From contig JAYWIR010000033.1 of assembly GCA_036172245.1 (NCBI GenBank), positions 186,001-250,000 of the forward strand: DNA of 64,000 nucleotides. The letters are read 5' to 3'. The notes under the pieces were generated by a model. The model ran no database searches. It was not told the origin of the DNA and saw nothing but the letters and a program-made list of their open reading frames with translations. Of the stretch, positions 12,733-25,711 are shown one piece after another (positions within the stretch are counted from its first letter, which is position 1; each line of letters opens with the position of its first letter). Made by a program: the position numbers and the translations under genes. Origin of the DNA: Raillietiella orientalis. Lineage: Eukaryota.

Positions 12733-15700
12733 TCACCGGGTTGGCCGCTGATGAGGGTGTGTAAACCGGCGGTGTATTGCGGCGAGATTCCTCTTTGTCT
12801 CCTCTGTCAAATGAGGCCATCTAGCGGATGCTCCCATGTAGAAGGATGCTTTGCTGATTACCTCTTGGTGCTGTCCGTTGATTACCAACGCCTGGCGGAC
12901 GGAAACTATCGCGCGTATGCAACCGATGGTTGCAATCCTTGCGCTTAGTGAAAGCCAGCTCGGCGTGAAGAATCGTCGCAGCAAGTCTCTTGTGGTGTCC
13001 ACAAGATGCAATAGTGCTGTTACCAGCCTACGCCACAGTCCTTGTAGGACACCGCAGTCCAGAAGTAGGTGCGGAATCGACTCCGTCGATCCGCACCGAA
13101 CGCAGTTCGCAGACGCAAGTCCCCCGGAGTCACGATGACAACGCTCGTTGCACTGAAAACCCCAGTGAACGAAAAGCAGCACGGCTTGTTTCCAAGCAAG
13201 GGGGAGCAGCGAACTGTCCATACACTGTGGAGAGACTACAAGTTCTTCGGGGGTGACAGCAAGTTCTTCTGCCCACCGGAGGAGTCCCTTTGCAGTAACA
13301 CGAGGAGTGGCGGCGTCCGCCAACTCACTTGTCTTCCAGGTGCCAAGGAGTTTGGTTCTTCCCGCTATCGTGCAGGAAACCTCCCACCTCGCCGGTTGGT
13401 AACTGTCGTTTCTTGCCCTGAGGGCAGACAGCGCTGCGGCAAGGGGCGTGGCAGCCAGGATAGAAAACTTCACCTCGTCCTGCAGTACTTCTTCCAAGGA
13501 TCGTGGAAAAAATTGGCGCAGGGGGCGAAGATCTTCAGGGCGTATTCCTTGGAACGCCGCCCAGGATTCAACAGACTCCTGCCGCCAAGCTTCAAAGTTC
13601 ATTGGGCGGCAGGAGATCCAAGAGTGTGCTTCCAGAAGTGCGGTCAACTGCCGCAATGGAAACCCGAAACCCCGCTTCCTGTATTGAGGGCCCGGCAAAA
13701 GCGAGAGAAATCCTCCGCTGCCGGCGCATCTCCGCAGGAGAATGCGAGCTGGCACACACAGGGGGGATGTCCATAGCTGGGCACAAAGTGCCAGCAGTCG
13801 GAACTGCACCTGCAGTCCGATTCGCTCCATTGTCAGGATACCCAAACCAGCATCCCGACGCGGAGCTGACAAATCTTTAAGGCGGATCCTGGATCTCGCC
13901 GGACCCCAGAGAGCGTTCCTCAGCAGGCGCTTAGCCCGCTGTTTTGCCGCATAGGGGGGGTCCAAAACAAAAAACAGGGGACGGAGGAGGGGGGCCACAA
14001 AGGTGTTCCAAATAGTCGCCCGTTCCTGCAAGGTAAACTTGCCGTTAAAGAACGGGCTGATGGCCAACTCTGCTTTCTGAAGACAGTCCGCTCACGCTTC
14101 GGCTGCGCCGAAAGCGCCCAACGGAACGCCAAGGTACTTAAAGTACCCGCCCGTGGGGATCCCCAGGCGGATCCAGTCGGACTGCCCCTCCCACGACGTA
14201 CCCACAGGAACGACCACGCTCTTCTCTCTGTTCACGCTCACGCCCGCTCCCCGACGAATCAGGTCGAAGAAATCCTCGACACTAGACGCCGGGGTGGACA
14301 TAAGGAGCAGAAGAAGCAGGTCATCAGCGTAGGCGGCCACGGCAGGCGTTCCCGGGCAGGAGCTTGGCAAGTGAGACAGCATCAGCCTGTATGCTCTTAG
14401 CACCAACTCAAAGAAGATGCTGAAGAGCAACGGGCTTAAGCTGTCGCCCTGTCGCATGCCCCTACGAACGGAAATACCATACACGCGGCAGCCGCTAAAA
14501 GTGATGCAGGTTAGCGCGTGGCGCCAGCACGCGCGCAAATACAGCAGGAGTTGCGCCGGGAACCCAAGGCGTTCCATAAGCTCCAAAAGCAGCTTCTGGT
14601 TTACGCAGTCGAACGCCTTGTGGAGATCGACCGCGACCTCCAAGGCACCTGGCGTTCGCTCCTGCCGTCGGCGCCTGTTCTTTTTGCCTGCGGCAGTGAC
14701 TTTCGCAGCAGCCTGGCTTTGCTGCGCCACAACTTCCTGCAGCTGCATCCATGTACGCGCGAAAAGGATGTTCGCCTCCATGGATCGTCCCGGAACCGCG
14801 TAGGTTTGTTCCGGGCTCACCACAGATTCCGCGATTCTTCCTAGCCGCGCGACCCACAGCTTGGAAAACAACTTGACGTCCGAGTTCACCAAGGTGATCG
14901 GACACCAGTTGTTAAGTTGGCGCAAGTCTCCGCCTTTCGGCAGGAGAGGCACCTTCGCTGAGCGGAAGGAATCAGGGACATTCCCGGATTCACTCATCAG
15001 CGTCGCGAGTTTAAGCATCAAGGGAATGAGCTCCACTGCAAAGCACTGATAAAAGTCTGCAGGGAGCCCATCCTCGCCTGGCGCCTTTCGTCTCTTCAGC
15101 CCAGCAATGGCGGACGAAAATTCATCCGCCGTGAAGGGCTCGTCGAGACGTTCGCGTTCCTCCTCGCCGACAACACGAGCATCCTGAGACAGGAGTATCT
15201 CAGAAAGAATATCCTCCGTCGGGGATTCCTCGTAGAGCGAGGAGTAGTAGCGTCTCACAATGCGGCGTACTTCGGCTGGGGCCGAACATTCCTGGCCCTT
15301 GTCGTCCAACAGGCATGCTGCTCCGGTCTGCCAGACCTGGCGCTCGGCCCTCGCCTTGTACTCTGCGAGACGCCCGACATTTGCGCGTCTCGAAAACGTG
15401 CGGGCCTGCAGAAAGTCTCTACTGTTGGCCACGCCATCTCCGAAACCGCGTGGAAGCCGGTGAAAGGGGAATTGGCAACAGAACTCGCGGACAGATCTTT
15501 TGAGATCGTCCCAGTCCGCAAGTTCTTGAATGGCAAAGCCCCGGAGGTATCCACGTAGATGCTCCGCAGCCTCCGGTTGGCTAAGCCAATCCGCCTGCAT
15601 CCTCCAGCTTTGCAACGGAGGCCCCCTGCCTGGCGGAAGGATCTCAAACTCCAACCTGTGGTGGTCAGAAAGCTCAGTCAACAATCTTCCTCTCCTACCC

Positions 15701-16326
15701 ACACGCGAATGCAGGTTTTCATCGAGTAAAACGTGATCGAGCGATCTTTCCATTCCAGGTTCGCTGACCATCAAGTTGGCGGCGTGCACGGACCCGCACA
15801 TCTCGATGGGCAGCGCGCGCTCTCTCGGGCGGCTCCAATCGTCGGAGAGCAGGCGGACGTTGAAGTCCCCAGCGACGAGGTGCGCCACTTGGAAGCCGGA
15901 GTTGTCGAACCACTGGCTCTGCACCTCACCAAAGAAAGCTTCTGTTTCTTCGAGGTAGCGAGAGCCACTCGGCGCGTAGACGTTCGTAACGACGAGATCG
16001 ATGGACTCGGACCACTTGATGACAAGCTGGCCTATCCGTCCGTTGTCATCGAAACGAACACTACGCACCGCTTCCGCCATTTTTCCTCTTACGTGGAAGG
16101 CGACGCCGCACGTGTGTGCGCCGCCGCACCGCCAATGTAGCGTTCCGCCTGCGCGCTCCTCGATTACGGCTGCCTGCTCGTCGGAGATTACGTGAATCTC
16201 CTGCAGCAGCGCGAGGTCGAAGGGGCGCAGGGCGTTGGCTACTAATCGCCTCTTTTCGTCGTTCTGCAGTCCGTTCACGTTCCAACACGTTACGGACAGA
16301 CGACGAGAAGACGCGATTCCTTGCAT
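12733..16326 (-). pseudogene. ORF2p of copy B (APE, RT, CCHC; about 1197 aa) with one in-frame TGA at 14092-14094
   Basis: ORFs 14092-16326 and 12733-14067 share a frame; paralogues have TGG (AEAW) at the stop. Confidence 0.95.
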
Positions 16327-18248
16327 TACTGCTGGGAAGGTGGCAGCTTTTTGCTCGCTTTATCCGGCGAGCAGACGGCGAGCAGCACGACTGGCTGGAG
16401 GGGACGGTCGCCACCGTCCTCTGTCGTGCTGCATGCATGTAATGCCTCCACGCCAGGCGGAACCCCGTCGGGTTTCGTGGAGACTTCGCGTTGCTTCGTG
16501 GCGAGCGTTGCCTGGCTGCCTACTTTTGATCGGCGCGCACACGCTTTCGATCGAGTTGTCCTCGTCTCGGTGATCGGAACGGCATCCTTTTCGGAGTCCG
16601 ACCGGCGCATGTTCGATCGGGTTTCGGCAATCCGCGAAGCAGTGACAGGTTCTGCTGGATTGACAGCTGTCCTGTTTTCGTTTTCCGTCACCAGAGCATC
16701 GCTTTTGGTGACGGCTGCTTTCCCGGCGCGCGCGTTTTCAGCGTGCTCACGCGCAGTTGCACGAGGGACCTTTGCTGAAGTCTTCTTTACGTCATTACGG
16801 TTCCTCACTTCGCGTGGCGCCGTAAATGGAGATTGTGCTCCATGGCCATCTTTGAAGCCATCCGCGTCTTTGGACGGGAGCACTTTCGATGGCTCCGACA
16901 CGCTCGTCATGGACGCTGCTTTCGGAAGGGCTTTTAATCCCTTCGTTGGCATGTCATCCGCGCCAGTCGAGAGCTTGCTCTCCGACTGCGACGGCGTGAG
17001 ATTTTTCTCCGCTTTCGCGGTGTTGGATCGCGACGCGGATTTTTTTTTTCCGACTTTCGAAGTCGACACGGCACAACCCTTCTTACCCGATTTGGGCTTC
17101 TCAGCCAGTGCAGGAGGTGAAGGGATGGATCTGACGGTACTGGAAGTGTCCTTACCGCCGTTGTCCATTGGCGTCCCCGCCGGTTGCTCGAACTCCGAAA
17201 AAGCCGGGCGTGCTTGGGAAGGACAGCTATTGCGCCTAGGGGGACTTACCATTGCCCCGGATTCCCCGCACCGTTTCTTTTGCGGCTCCCCTGCCGCGAG
17301 AGGGGGTGCGCAGGGCTTCGCGTGCGAGGTTTCCTGCTGCTTTGGGGCGACATTCCGCCTCGCGTTTTTACCGAATTTCTGCCGTGGGTTCTCCAGGTTT
17401 TTCGCAGATTTTTTCTTTTTATCCGCGCTTTGTTTTTTAAAATGGAGCTCCGCGGCTGCCTTTTTTCGCAAAAGATCCGGGCAATTTTTTAATTGGTGCC
17501 CGGATAGTTTGCAATAACGGCATTTTCCAGAGGGGCATTTATCCAAACAATGCCCCTCCTTCCCGCATTGCTCGCACGTTTTTACTTTGCCCACCAACCA
17601 CAGGTGAACGACCGTGTCTTTCACCTGTAGTTTGGTGGGCAGCAGACGGCGGTCCGGCATTGTAAGCCGGACTCCAGCGACTCCGCTGTGTATGGACGGG
17701 AAGTCCTTGAGGTTGCTACTCACCCTCCACAGCGCATGGACCGTGGCGAATTTCGCCAACGCGTTCCGAATATCAGTATCGGAGATTTCCGACTCGATGT
17801 CGAAAATCTCCACCACAAATGAGTCGTCCATGGCGGCCGGGAAGACCTTCTGGCCACGGATCGACAACGGGGTGCGCAGCAAGCGTTGCACAAGTGCAGC
17901 GTCTTTGCAACGCACCTTCAAATAGCCCATGTCTTTTACGGGCATAATGGCGAGAAGGTCCTCCTCCCGCACGCCAACACGGGTCAGTTCATCGTTGAAC
18001 TGATTCCCGTCGCGCGCAGAAAGAAAGCCACTCACCTTATATCGGAGAGCAGGTCTATAGCCTTGGGCTACGTATGCCCGCAACTCCGACCCGTCGAGTG
18101 GTTTCCCTTTGACGGCTGCTGTGGCAGCAACGTCAGCAAAACTCCTCTCCATCGGCGAGAAAGACGAAGTGGAGGCGGCCGTCGGTTCCGCGATTGCAGA
18201 TCCGGATGCTGTTCCTTTAACTTCAGTAGCTTCAAGTTGGGTCGACAT
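16326..18248 (-). CDS. ORF1p of copy B (RRM-like domain, two CCHC knuckles, long basic low-complexity tail)
   Basis: Uninterrupted ORF from MSTQLEATEV; CEQCGKEGHCLDKC and CRYCKLSGHQLKNC. Confidence 0.9.
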   Translation of the reverse strand: MSTQLEATEVKGTASGSAIAEPTAASTSSFSPMERSFADVAATAAVKGKPLDGSELRAYVAQGYRPALRYKVSGFLSARDGNQFNDELTRVGVREEDLLAIMPVKDMGYLKVRCKDAALVQRLLRTPLSIRGQKVFPAAMDDSFVVEIFDIESEISDTDIRNALAKFATVHALWRVSSNLKDFPSIHSGVAGVRLTMPDRRLLPTKLQVKDTVVHLWLVGKVKTCEQCGKEGHCLDKCPSGKCRYCKLSGHQLKNCPDLLRKKAAAELHFKKQSADKKKKSAKNLENPRQKFGKNARRNVAPKQQETSHAKPCAPPLAAGEPQKKRCGESGAMVSPPRRNSCPSQARPAFSEFEQPAGTPMDNGGKDTSSTVRSIPSPPALAEKPKSGKKGCAVSTSKVGKKKSASRSNTAKAEKNLTPSQSESKLSTGADDMPTKGLKALPKAASMTSVSEPSKVLPSKDADGFKDGHGAQSPFTAPREVRNRNDVKKTSAKVPRATAREHAENARAGKAAVTKSDALVTENENRTAVNPAEPVTASRIAETRSNMRRSDSEKDAVPITETRTTRSKACARRSKVGSQATLATKQREVSTKPDGVPPGVEALHACSTTEDGGDRPLQPVVLLAVCSPDKASKKLPPSQQ

Positions 18249-18334
18249 CGTCGTCAAAATGTACGACGCCAAGATGAAGCGGATGAAAGCACGGAGACGA
18301 GAGCGAAGAAAACACGTCCGCACTCGATTGAAAT

Positions 18335-19875
18335 TTATCACCCGGTCACGCCGGGGCGTTTTTTAATAATAATAAACTGGTCAGGGACAATGTCCCCAAC
18401 CAACAGAACGACAGAGAACATAGAAAAATTACCGCCACGCAGGCCTGGTAAACAAACCGCTCGCAGCGTGGGGGGAATGAGGGGAAACAAACAAAAATCA
18501 AAAACTGGAGGGAAGGGAACAGGGTTTTTGGTTAGGCTCCGTACTCACGGGGATTTAAACGATGAGCACCTCAAATGTTCCGGAGCCTATGGGGACGCGG
18601 GTGTAAAAAGAAAATACAAATTTAGTTTATGGAGGGTAGGGCAATGATCACCGGGTTGGCCGCTGATGAGGGTGTGTAAACCGGCGGTGTATTGCGGCGA
18701 GATTCCTCTTTGTCTCCTCTGTCAATTGAGGCCATCTAGCGGATGCTCCCATGTAGAAGGATGCTTTGCTGATTACCTCTTCGTGCTGTCCGTTGAGTAC
18801 CAACGCCTGGCGGACGGAAACTATCGCGCGCATGCAACCGATGGTTGCAATCCTTGCGCTTAGTGAAAGCCCGCTCGGCGTGAAGAATCGTCGCAGCAAG
18901 TCTCTTGCGGTGTCCACGGGATGCAATAGTGCTGTTGCCAGCCTACGCCACAGTCCTTGTAGGACACCGCAGTCCAGAAGTAGGTGCGTAATCGACTCCG
19001 TCGATCCGCACCGAACGCAGTTCGCAGACGCAAGTCCCCCAGAGTCACGATGCCAACGCTCGTTGCACTGAAAACCCCAGTGAACGAAGAGCAGCACGGC
19101 TTGTTTCCAAGCAAGGGGGAGCAGCGCACTGTCAACACACTGTGGAGGGACTACAAGTTCTTCGGAGGTGACAGCAAATTCTTCTGCCCACCGGAGGACT
19201 CCCTTTGAAGTACAACGAGGATTTGCGGCGTCCGCCAAATCACTTGTCTTCCAGGCGCCAAGGAGTTTTGTTTTCCCCGCTATCGTGCAGGAAACCTCCC
19301 ACCTTGCCGGTTGGCAGCTGTCGTGTCTTGCCCTGAAAGCAGACAGCGCTGCGGCGAGAGGCGTGGCAGCCAGGGTAGAAAACTTCACCTCGTCCTGCAG
19401 TACTTCTTCCAAGGATCGTGGAAAAAATTGGCGCAGGGGGCGAAGATCTTCAGGACGTATTCCTTGCAACGCCGCCCAGGATTCAACAGACTCCTGCCGC
19501 CAAGCTTCAAAGTTCATTATGCGGCAGGAGATCCAAGAGTGTGCTTCCAGAAGTGCGGTCAACTGCCGTAATGGAAAACCGAAACCCCGCTTCCTATATT
19601 GAGTGCCCGGCAAAAGCGAGAGAAATCCTCCGCTGCCGGCGCATCTCCGCAGGAGAATGCGAGCTGGCACACACAGGGGGGATGTCCATAGCTGGGCACA
19701 CAGTGCCAGCAGTCGGACCTGCACCTGCAGTCCGATTCGCTCCATTGTCAGGATACCCAAACCAGCATCCCGACGCGGAGCTGACAAATCTTTAAGGCGG
19801 ATCCTGGATCTCGCCGGAATCGAGCAGAGAGCGTTTTTGAGCAGCGCCAGCCCGCTGTTTTGCCGCATAGGGGTT
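18335..19875 (-). mobile_element. Family G copy C, 5'-truncated
   Basis: ORF2 C-terminus 18648-19868 and 3' UTR near-identical to copies A and B. Confidence 0.95.
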
Positions 19876-22213
19876 CTGATAGCCGGAGATTGAAATCTCC
19901 CGCTATCAGGTGAGCCTTCCGCACGTTCGTGTCCGCCAGCCAGTCGCGCTTCAGGGATTCCAGCAGCCTGGTGCGGTCGCTGTATCCCTGTTTACCGCTG
20001 GGGGCGTACACATTCGTGACGATCAGTTCGATCGAGTCGGACCAGCTGAGAATCAGCTAACCGTCCCGACCGTCGTCAGCGAAGCGCACGCCCTTCACGG
20101 CCGCGTCGATGGCCGGCTTCACGAAGAACGCGACCCCGCAGGTGTTGCGGAGGCCGCACCGCCAATACAACCGACCCCTTGCGATCGTCTCGATTTCCTG
20201 GGCGTCTGTCGTGGTGATCACGTGGATCTCCTGCAGCAGGGCCAGGTCGAGCTCACGCAGGGTGTCGGCCGTATCTCGCCTGTTACCGTCGTCGCGCAGC
20301 TTGTTCACGTTCCAAGGGGCGGCGCGAATCCGACGGCGACTGGCGAGCCCAGGTGTCAGTCCTGGGAAAACGACGATGCGGCGTCCGCCACCTGCTGGGG
20401 CGGGACGCTAGGTGGAGGAGGAGGGTCAGGCGCTGCGTGCACCTGGTCCCCCTCCTCCATGGGTATCGGCGCGTCGAGCGGGTCACCCTAAGGTGGGGTC
20501 GCGCCTACCTGTTGGCCCTCCTCCATGGGGGCGGGCTGTTCAGGCTCGGCGACTGCAGGTAGCACTTCGCCCCCCTGCTCACCCTCCTTTATGGGGGTGG
20601 CCGGCTCGACGGCTTCCGAGCGTGGGAGTTCCCCCTCCGGGATTCCCACGCTACCGCTAACTTCCTGTTTCTCCTCCTCGCTGGTGGAGGGGAGGCGCCT
20701 CCTTGGTTTCTGGGACTTGCGTCCCGACTTCCTAGGGGGTGCCTCCGAGGAGGAAGATGCACTTCCGGCCCTTAAATCCGACTCACCTATGGGGGCCTTT
20801 TTCGCGGGAGCCGGCCTTCGCACGGCCTTGCGTGAGGGGTTCTCACGCTCCGCCAGCGTGGCCGCGAGCTCCTCCGCCGCCTTTGCGAACGCGGCGTCCT
20901 CGGTGTCGACCGGCGCGTCGCGCGGCTCACCCTCTGTTTGCACTGAGGGTTCGCCGTCGCGAACTTCGGGTGCGACGGAAACGGCGAGGGGAGGCTCGTC
21001 GCCCCGGGTGGCATCTTCCGGAACGCCGATACGTTCCAGTGCCCCCGTGCACTTGCGTACGGTTTTCGAACGCGGCCCGGGTTTTTTTGCCTTACCGGCC
21101 GGCTTCTCTTTCTTCTCCCTTAAAGGAGCTTTTCTCTCTTTTCTAGCTGCTACAAGTTGCCAGCCTTCTTCACCTTTCGCCTCTTGGCAAGGTTTATCCT
21201 CCGCTTGCTTTTGTTTGCAAGTCTTTTCTTTTGGAGGTTGAGGATCTGGCAGCTTCAGCCGGCCAGCGTCCGCCTTAGGTCTTGTGACCTTTAGTGCGCG
21301 TTTCCCCTGCGCCTTTTTCGCGGCAGGAGGAACCGGGGTGGGGCGTTTTGGGCACACACGTCGAACGTGGCTCTTCTCCCCGCACATGTGGTATTGGATG
21401 CTAGGATACCTCTTGGGATGGTGTCCTACGGTATCGCAGTAGCCGCAATCCCAGGGCTTTCCCACGTACCAGAGGTCCACGCTCTCTTGCGCAACCTCCA
21501 GCTTGTGAAGAAGCCCACAGTCCTTACTCACGGTTACCCGCGCTGCAGCCTGGCCTCCGAAATGGCTATTGAAGCCTTTAAAGATTGTTGGCTTAGGCCA
21601 CAGCGCGTGCACCTCACCGAGCTTCTGTAGTTCTTGTGCTACCGCAGAGCGTGTCATACGGCTCGTTATTCCAGTGAGATGGACCACCACGGAGCGGTGC
21701 ATCGTCACCGGCAAGATCTTGCGGCCGTCGACGTTCAGCGGGTTCGTGATCAGAGTTTGAGCCAAAGTGATCTCCTTGCACACCACCTCGACTCGCTGAC
21801 CTCCGCTGAGAACGGACAAACCGTCAAGATCTTGTTCTCTTACTCCAGCGTTTTGCAGCGCTTTCGGAAACGCGCGTGCCGTTTTTCCATCAAATAGGGG
21901 CCTACCTGTTACACCAAGCTGGGCTTGTACCCAGCTGCCCGGTAGGCCGCCATCTCGGCCACGGTTTCCGCGCTCGGCGCGGCCACCATTTCGCTCCAGC
22001 TCCTCGCCTTGGGCGGCGAGGGCGATTACGGGGCGGATGCCCCTGATTCTGTAGGCTGTGGGGGTGGGCAAGCCTTCCTCATACCTACCTCCATCGTGGT
22101 GTCCTCAGGCATTGCTGCCATCGGACACCAACGATGTTCCACACGAACACACAGAAAGAAAAAAACCGCTTCCTGTCGACTCACTCGGGAGCGAAGGAAA
22201 AATACGTCCACTC
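19876..22213 (-). mobile_element. Family T copy 1, upstream part (5' UTR, ORF1 22121-20356, APE N-terminus)
   Basis: 5' GAGTGGACGT at 22213; SEAPPRKSGRKSQK ORF1 signature; LLQEIHV, YAPSG, IAGDFNLR. Confidence 0.92.
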
Positions 22214-25141
22214 GCCAAGGGATTTGGAGACGGGTTACGTAACCAACGAGCCTATCTGCAGGCTCGCCGTTACGCCAGGACCCCCGACATCCGCAGGCTG
22301 CCGGAATACAAAGCAGGAGCTGAGAGGCAAGCCTGGCAGTCAGGATCGGCCAGCTTGCTGGACGATCAGGGCCAGGAGCATTCGGCACCCGCTCAGATCC
22401 GCGGTCTGCTGCGGCGTTTTTACTCCTCCCTGTACGCAAGAACGCCTTTCGAGCGGGATTTGCCACAAATCCAGCTTCCGGAAGGCGCTACTGCGATCAA
22501 GAAAGAGGAGAAAAAGTCCCTTGACGAGTCTTTTACGATGTGCAAGATCATCTCGGCCATCGGAAAGCTCAAGAAACAAAAGGTTCCAGGGGAGGACGGC
22601 CTGTCCGCGGAGTTCTATCAAACCTTCGCGGCTGAGCTAACCCCTCTGGTACATCAACTCACCTTGCTGATACGCAAGACCGGTGACGTTCCCGCCTTTT
22701 TTCGTTCGACAAAGGTGCAGCTTCTTTCTAAGGGAGGAGATCTGAGGAGCATAAACAACTGGCGTCCCATCACAAAAGTGAATGCGGACGCCAAGTTGGT
22801 GACTAAGGTTTGGGCAGAGCGTCTGGGACGGGTTGCAAACGCCTTCATCATCCGGAACAGACGTATGCTGTTCGGGGCGAAGCATGGAGGCGAACCTGTT
22901 CCACGCTTCCACCTGGCAAGAGCTCCAACACGAAAGGGGCTTGATGCGCACCGGGAATTCCGGTGAGTCCGTCAGTCATGCGACGGATGGTCGGATGGGG
23001 GAGGGAGCACTTGCGGTCGCTGTCGACTTGCGTAAAGCATTCGACAGCGTCGACGAGAATCTCCTGCTGAAGCTTTTGGAACGCTCGGGCATCCCGGCCT
23101 CATTATTGGCCTATCTGCGCTCTAGCTGGCGCGATTCGCAAATCAATGTAACTTTCAGCGGGCATACATTTCACGGCGTGCCGATGCGACGTGGGATCCT
23201 GCAAGGAGACAGCCTGAGACCCTTGCTCTTGAGTACCTACTTTGAGTTGGTACTGAGAGCGTACACGGAAACTCTGGCGCACTTGCCGCATGAATGCGCC
23301 GAAACGTTTGCGGTTTCATCATATGCGGACGACCTCCTGCTACTGCTCCCTATGTCCACCCCGCCTTCGGCGGTCGAGAAGTTCTTCGACCTGCTGAATC
23401 GAGGAACCGGGCTTACGGTGAACAGGGCGAAGTCGTCCGTGATGCCAGTTGGTGCGGCGCGGGCAATGCAGCAGGACTGGGTCCGTTTGGGGATCCCCAC
23501 GGTAAGGTACTTCAAGTTCCTTGGTGTGCCGTTGGGGGACTACTCCCCTGCGGAAGCGTGGTCCGGCTGCCTTCAAAAAGTAGAGACGGCTATCGGCCCG
23601 TTTGGAGGCGGCAGGTTTTTCCTTCCTGAACGGGCCGCGGTTTGGAACATGTTTGCGGCTTCTCTCCTCCGTTCCCCGCTTTTTGTTTGCCCCCCCACAG
23701 AAAGGATCAAAAAGCGGACGAAGGACCTTCTCCGTATCGCCCTTTAAGCCAACGGGAGGGCCCGAGTCCGCTTAAAGGACTTGTGCGTTCCTCGTTGGAA
23801 TGGTGGTCTGGGCCTCCTTACATTGGAGCGGCTGGAGCTGCAGCTCCAGTTCTGGATTTTGGCACTTGTGCCGGAGTTGTGGTGCACCTGTTGGTGCGTT
23901 TCTGCACGTCTCCTCCTTCAGCAAGCCACCGGCAAGACGGGACTTACGTCGTTTCTTGCGCTCCATCGAAACCGCATCAACCGATGTGAGCTTCAGCTAC
24001 GGAGGGTGGCTGCGCTGGCAAGGAAAAATCAAGGATGGATCACCTGTCTATCTGCGAACGGTAGTGCCTGGTTGCAGGAAACCGTTCGCACGTGGGGACA
24101 GTTCGGCATGCAAAGCTCATATCAGGAACGAAGCTTCCTGTTCGGGTGTTACAGAAGTTGCACGCTCCGTGAGATCCTGTAGGATCCTAAGAAGAGAGCG
24201 TGGTCAGGAAGAACCCCCCTCCGCTGCTGCGCTGGACTCCCTAGTAGAACATTGGGACAGCGATGTTGCGGCGAAGTGGGAGGTTAGGATAAAAATCTCC
24301 GGGAAGGAGAAGAAGCAGAGAGAGTGGAAGACGGGCCAGCTAACTGATGCTGCGTCCCCAAGTACGCCTCCTAATGGACTTGTGCGCTGGGGAGCGCTGC
24401 TGGATGTTTCCATTGAACATCTGAAGTGGCCTCCAAATCTTATCAACACTTCCATTATCCCTCTTAAATGGCAAGAGTCGGCATTCCTGTTGCAGCACTG
24501 AGGACTCCCCTGCAACGCACGTCGACACCACTGGACCTGGGGAGCGGTGGATCCCAATTGTGTGAGGTGCGGGGAACGGGAGTCCCTCCCCCACCTCCTA
24601 GTGGATTGTGTTGCCCTTCGGCCCCTTTGTTTCCGCTTTGCCGCGGCCATCGGTATCCCTTGCGGCAATCTCAGGGACGCACTAAAAGCCTTCTTTGTTG
24701 CCGACGCCCTGCGGCCAGCGTCCTCGATAGCAGCCTTGTGCTGCCTTCGTGGGATCGTCGCCGCCTGGTGCACGGCGACGGGAGGACCTAGCGATATGGA
24801 CGCCATCCAGTGCGCCTTCCAATTCCTGAGGAGGGCGTCGCGATGGCCCCACCTGGATGTTTATAACAAACAAGAGCTTGTCAGCATCCTGAGAAGGATG
24901 ATGCGGCCCCAGAAGCATCAGTGATCCCTTCCCGTTCCCTCCCACCCTTTGTTTTTTTTTGTTTAGTTTTTTTGTTTTTCCCCTTTCCCCTGCTGCCTTG
25001 GTGGACCGTACCGGTCTAGAAACCGGTGAATTAGCAGGCTCCGTGGTTCTTAGCTTCTGGCTGGAGCATTGCCACAGCCATTAATAATTACTTTATAAAG
25101 TTTATTTTTTAATAAAAGACCCGGAGAAATCCGGGTGAAAA
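22214..25141 (+). mobile_element. Family F copy b, 3' part (ORF2 from GFGDG to the end), pseudogenised
   Basis: Colinear with 2390-5304; YADD; zinc finger; ends AATAAA AGACCCGG AGAAAT CCGGGTG AAAA. Confidence 0.95.
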
Positions 25142-25711
25142 TCGAAAGCTTCACGCAAATCGACTGCGACCGCAAGGGCTCCAGGCGATGCATCTTCTTC
25201 CCGGCTTCCCTCCCCCCTATCAGTGGAGAGTCCAGGACTTTCCCGACGTAGCTTCGCCTCGCGTTGTTGCAACTGCCAGAATGTGCTGGCGAGGAACAGG
25301 TTGGCCTCCATGGTTCGTCCAAGAACAGCGTATGTCTGTTCCGGACTGATAACGGAGTCCGCTACCCGTGCCAAGCACTCAGCTCACAGTTTGGCGAGCA
25401 ACTTTGCGTCCGCATTCACTACAGTGATGGGACGCCAGTTTCCAACGTTGCGCAAGTCTCCTCCCTTAGGAAGGAGACGTACTCTAGCTGACCGGAACGA
25501 GTTGGGGACATCCCCACGTTTACGGATCAGCATACACAGTTTTAGCACCAGGGGGGCCAGCTCTGCCGCGAAGTATTGGTAGAATTCAGCTGGCAGGCCG
25601 TCTTACCCTGATGCTTTGTTTTTTTTCAATTTAGTGATAGCGGAGATTATCTCCGCCATCGTGAATTCTCGGAGGAAGAAGCTTATCTCTTCCTCCCTCA
25701 ACGAGGGAGCC
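25142..25711 (-). mobile_element. Q-like ORF2 fragment (RT N-terminus up to AFD)
   Basis: NWRPITVVNADAKLL, PEQTYAV, AVAVDLREAFD; resembles 45520-46050. Confidence 0.85.

Larger units (their letters stand above)
12420..18325 (-). mobile_element. Family G copy B, full-length, best-preserved element in the window
   Basis: Both termini present; open ORF1; ORF2 in one frame with a single stop. Confidence 0.97.

Noticed and set aside
18250..18325. Self-cleaving ribozyme in the 5' or 3' UTRs
   Set aside because: No hammerhead core or HDV-like fold recognisable by eye; a covariance-model search would be needed
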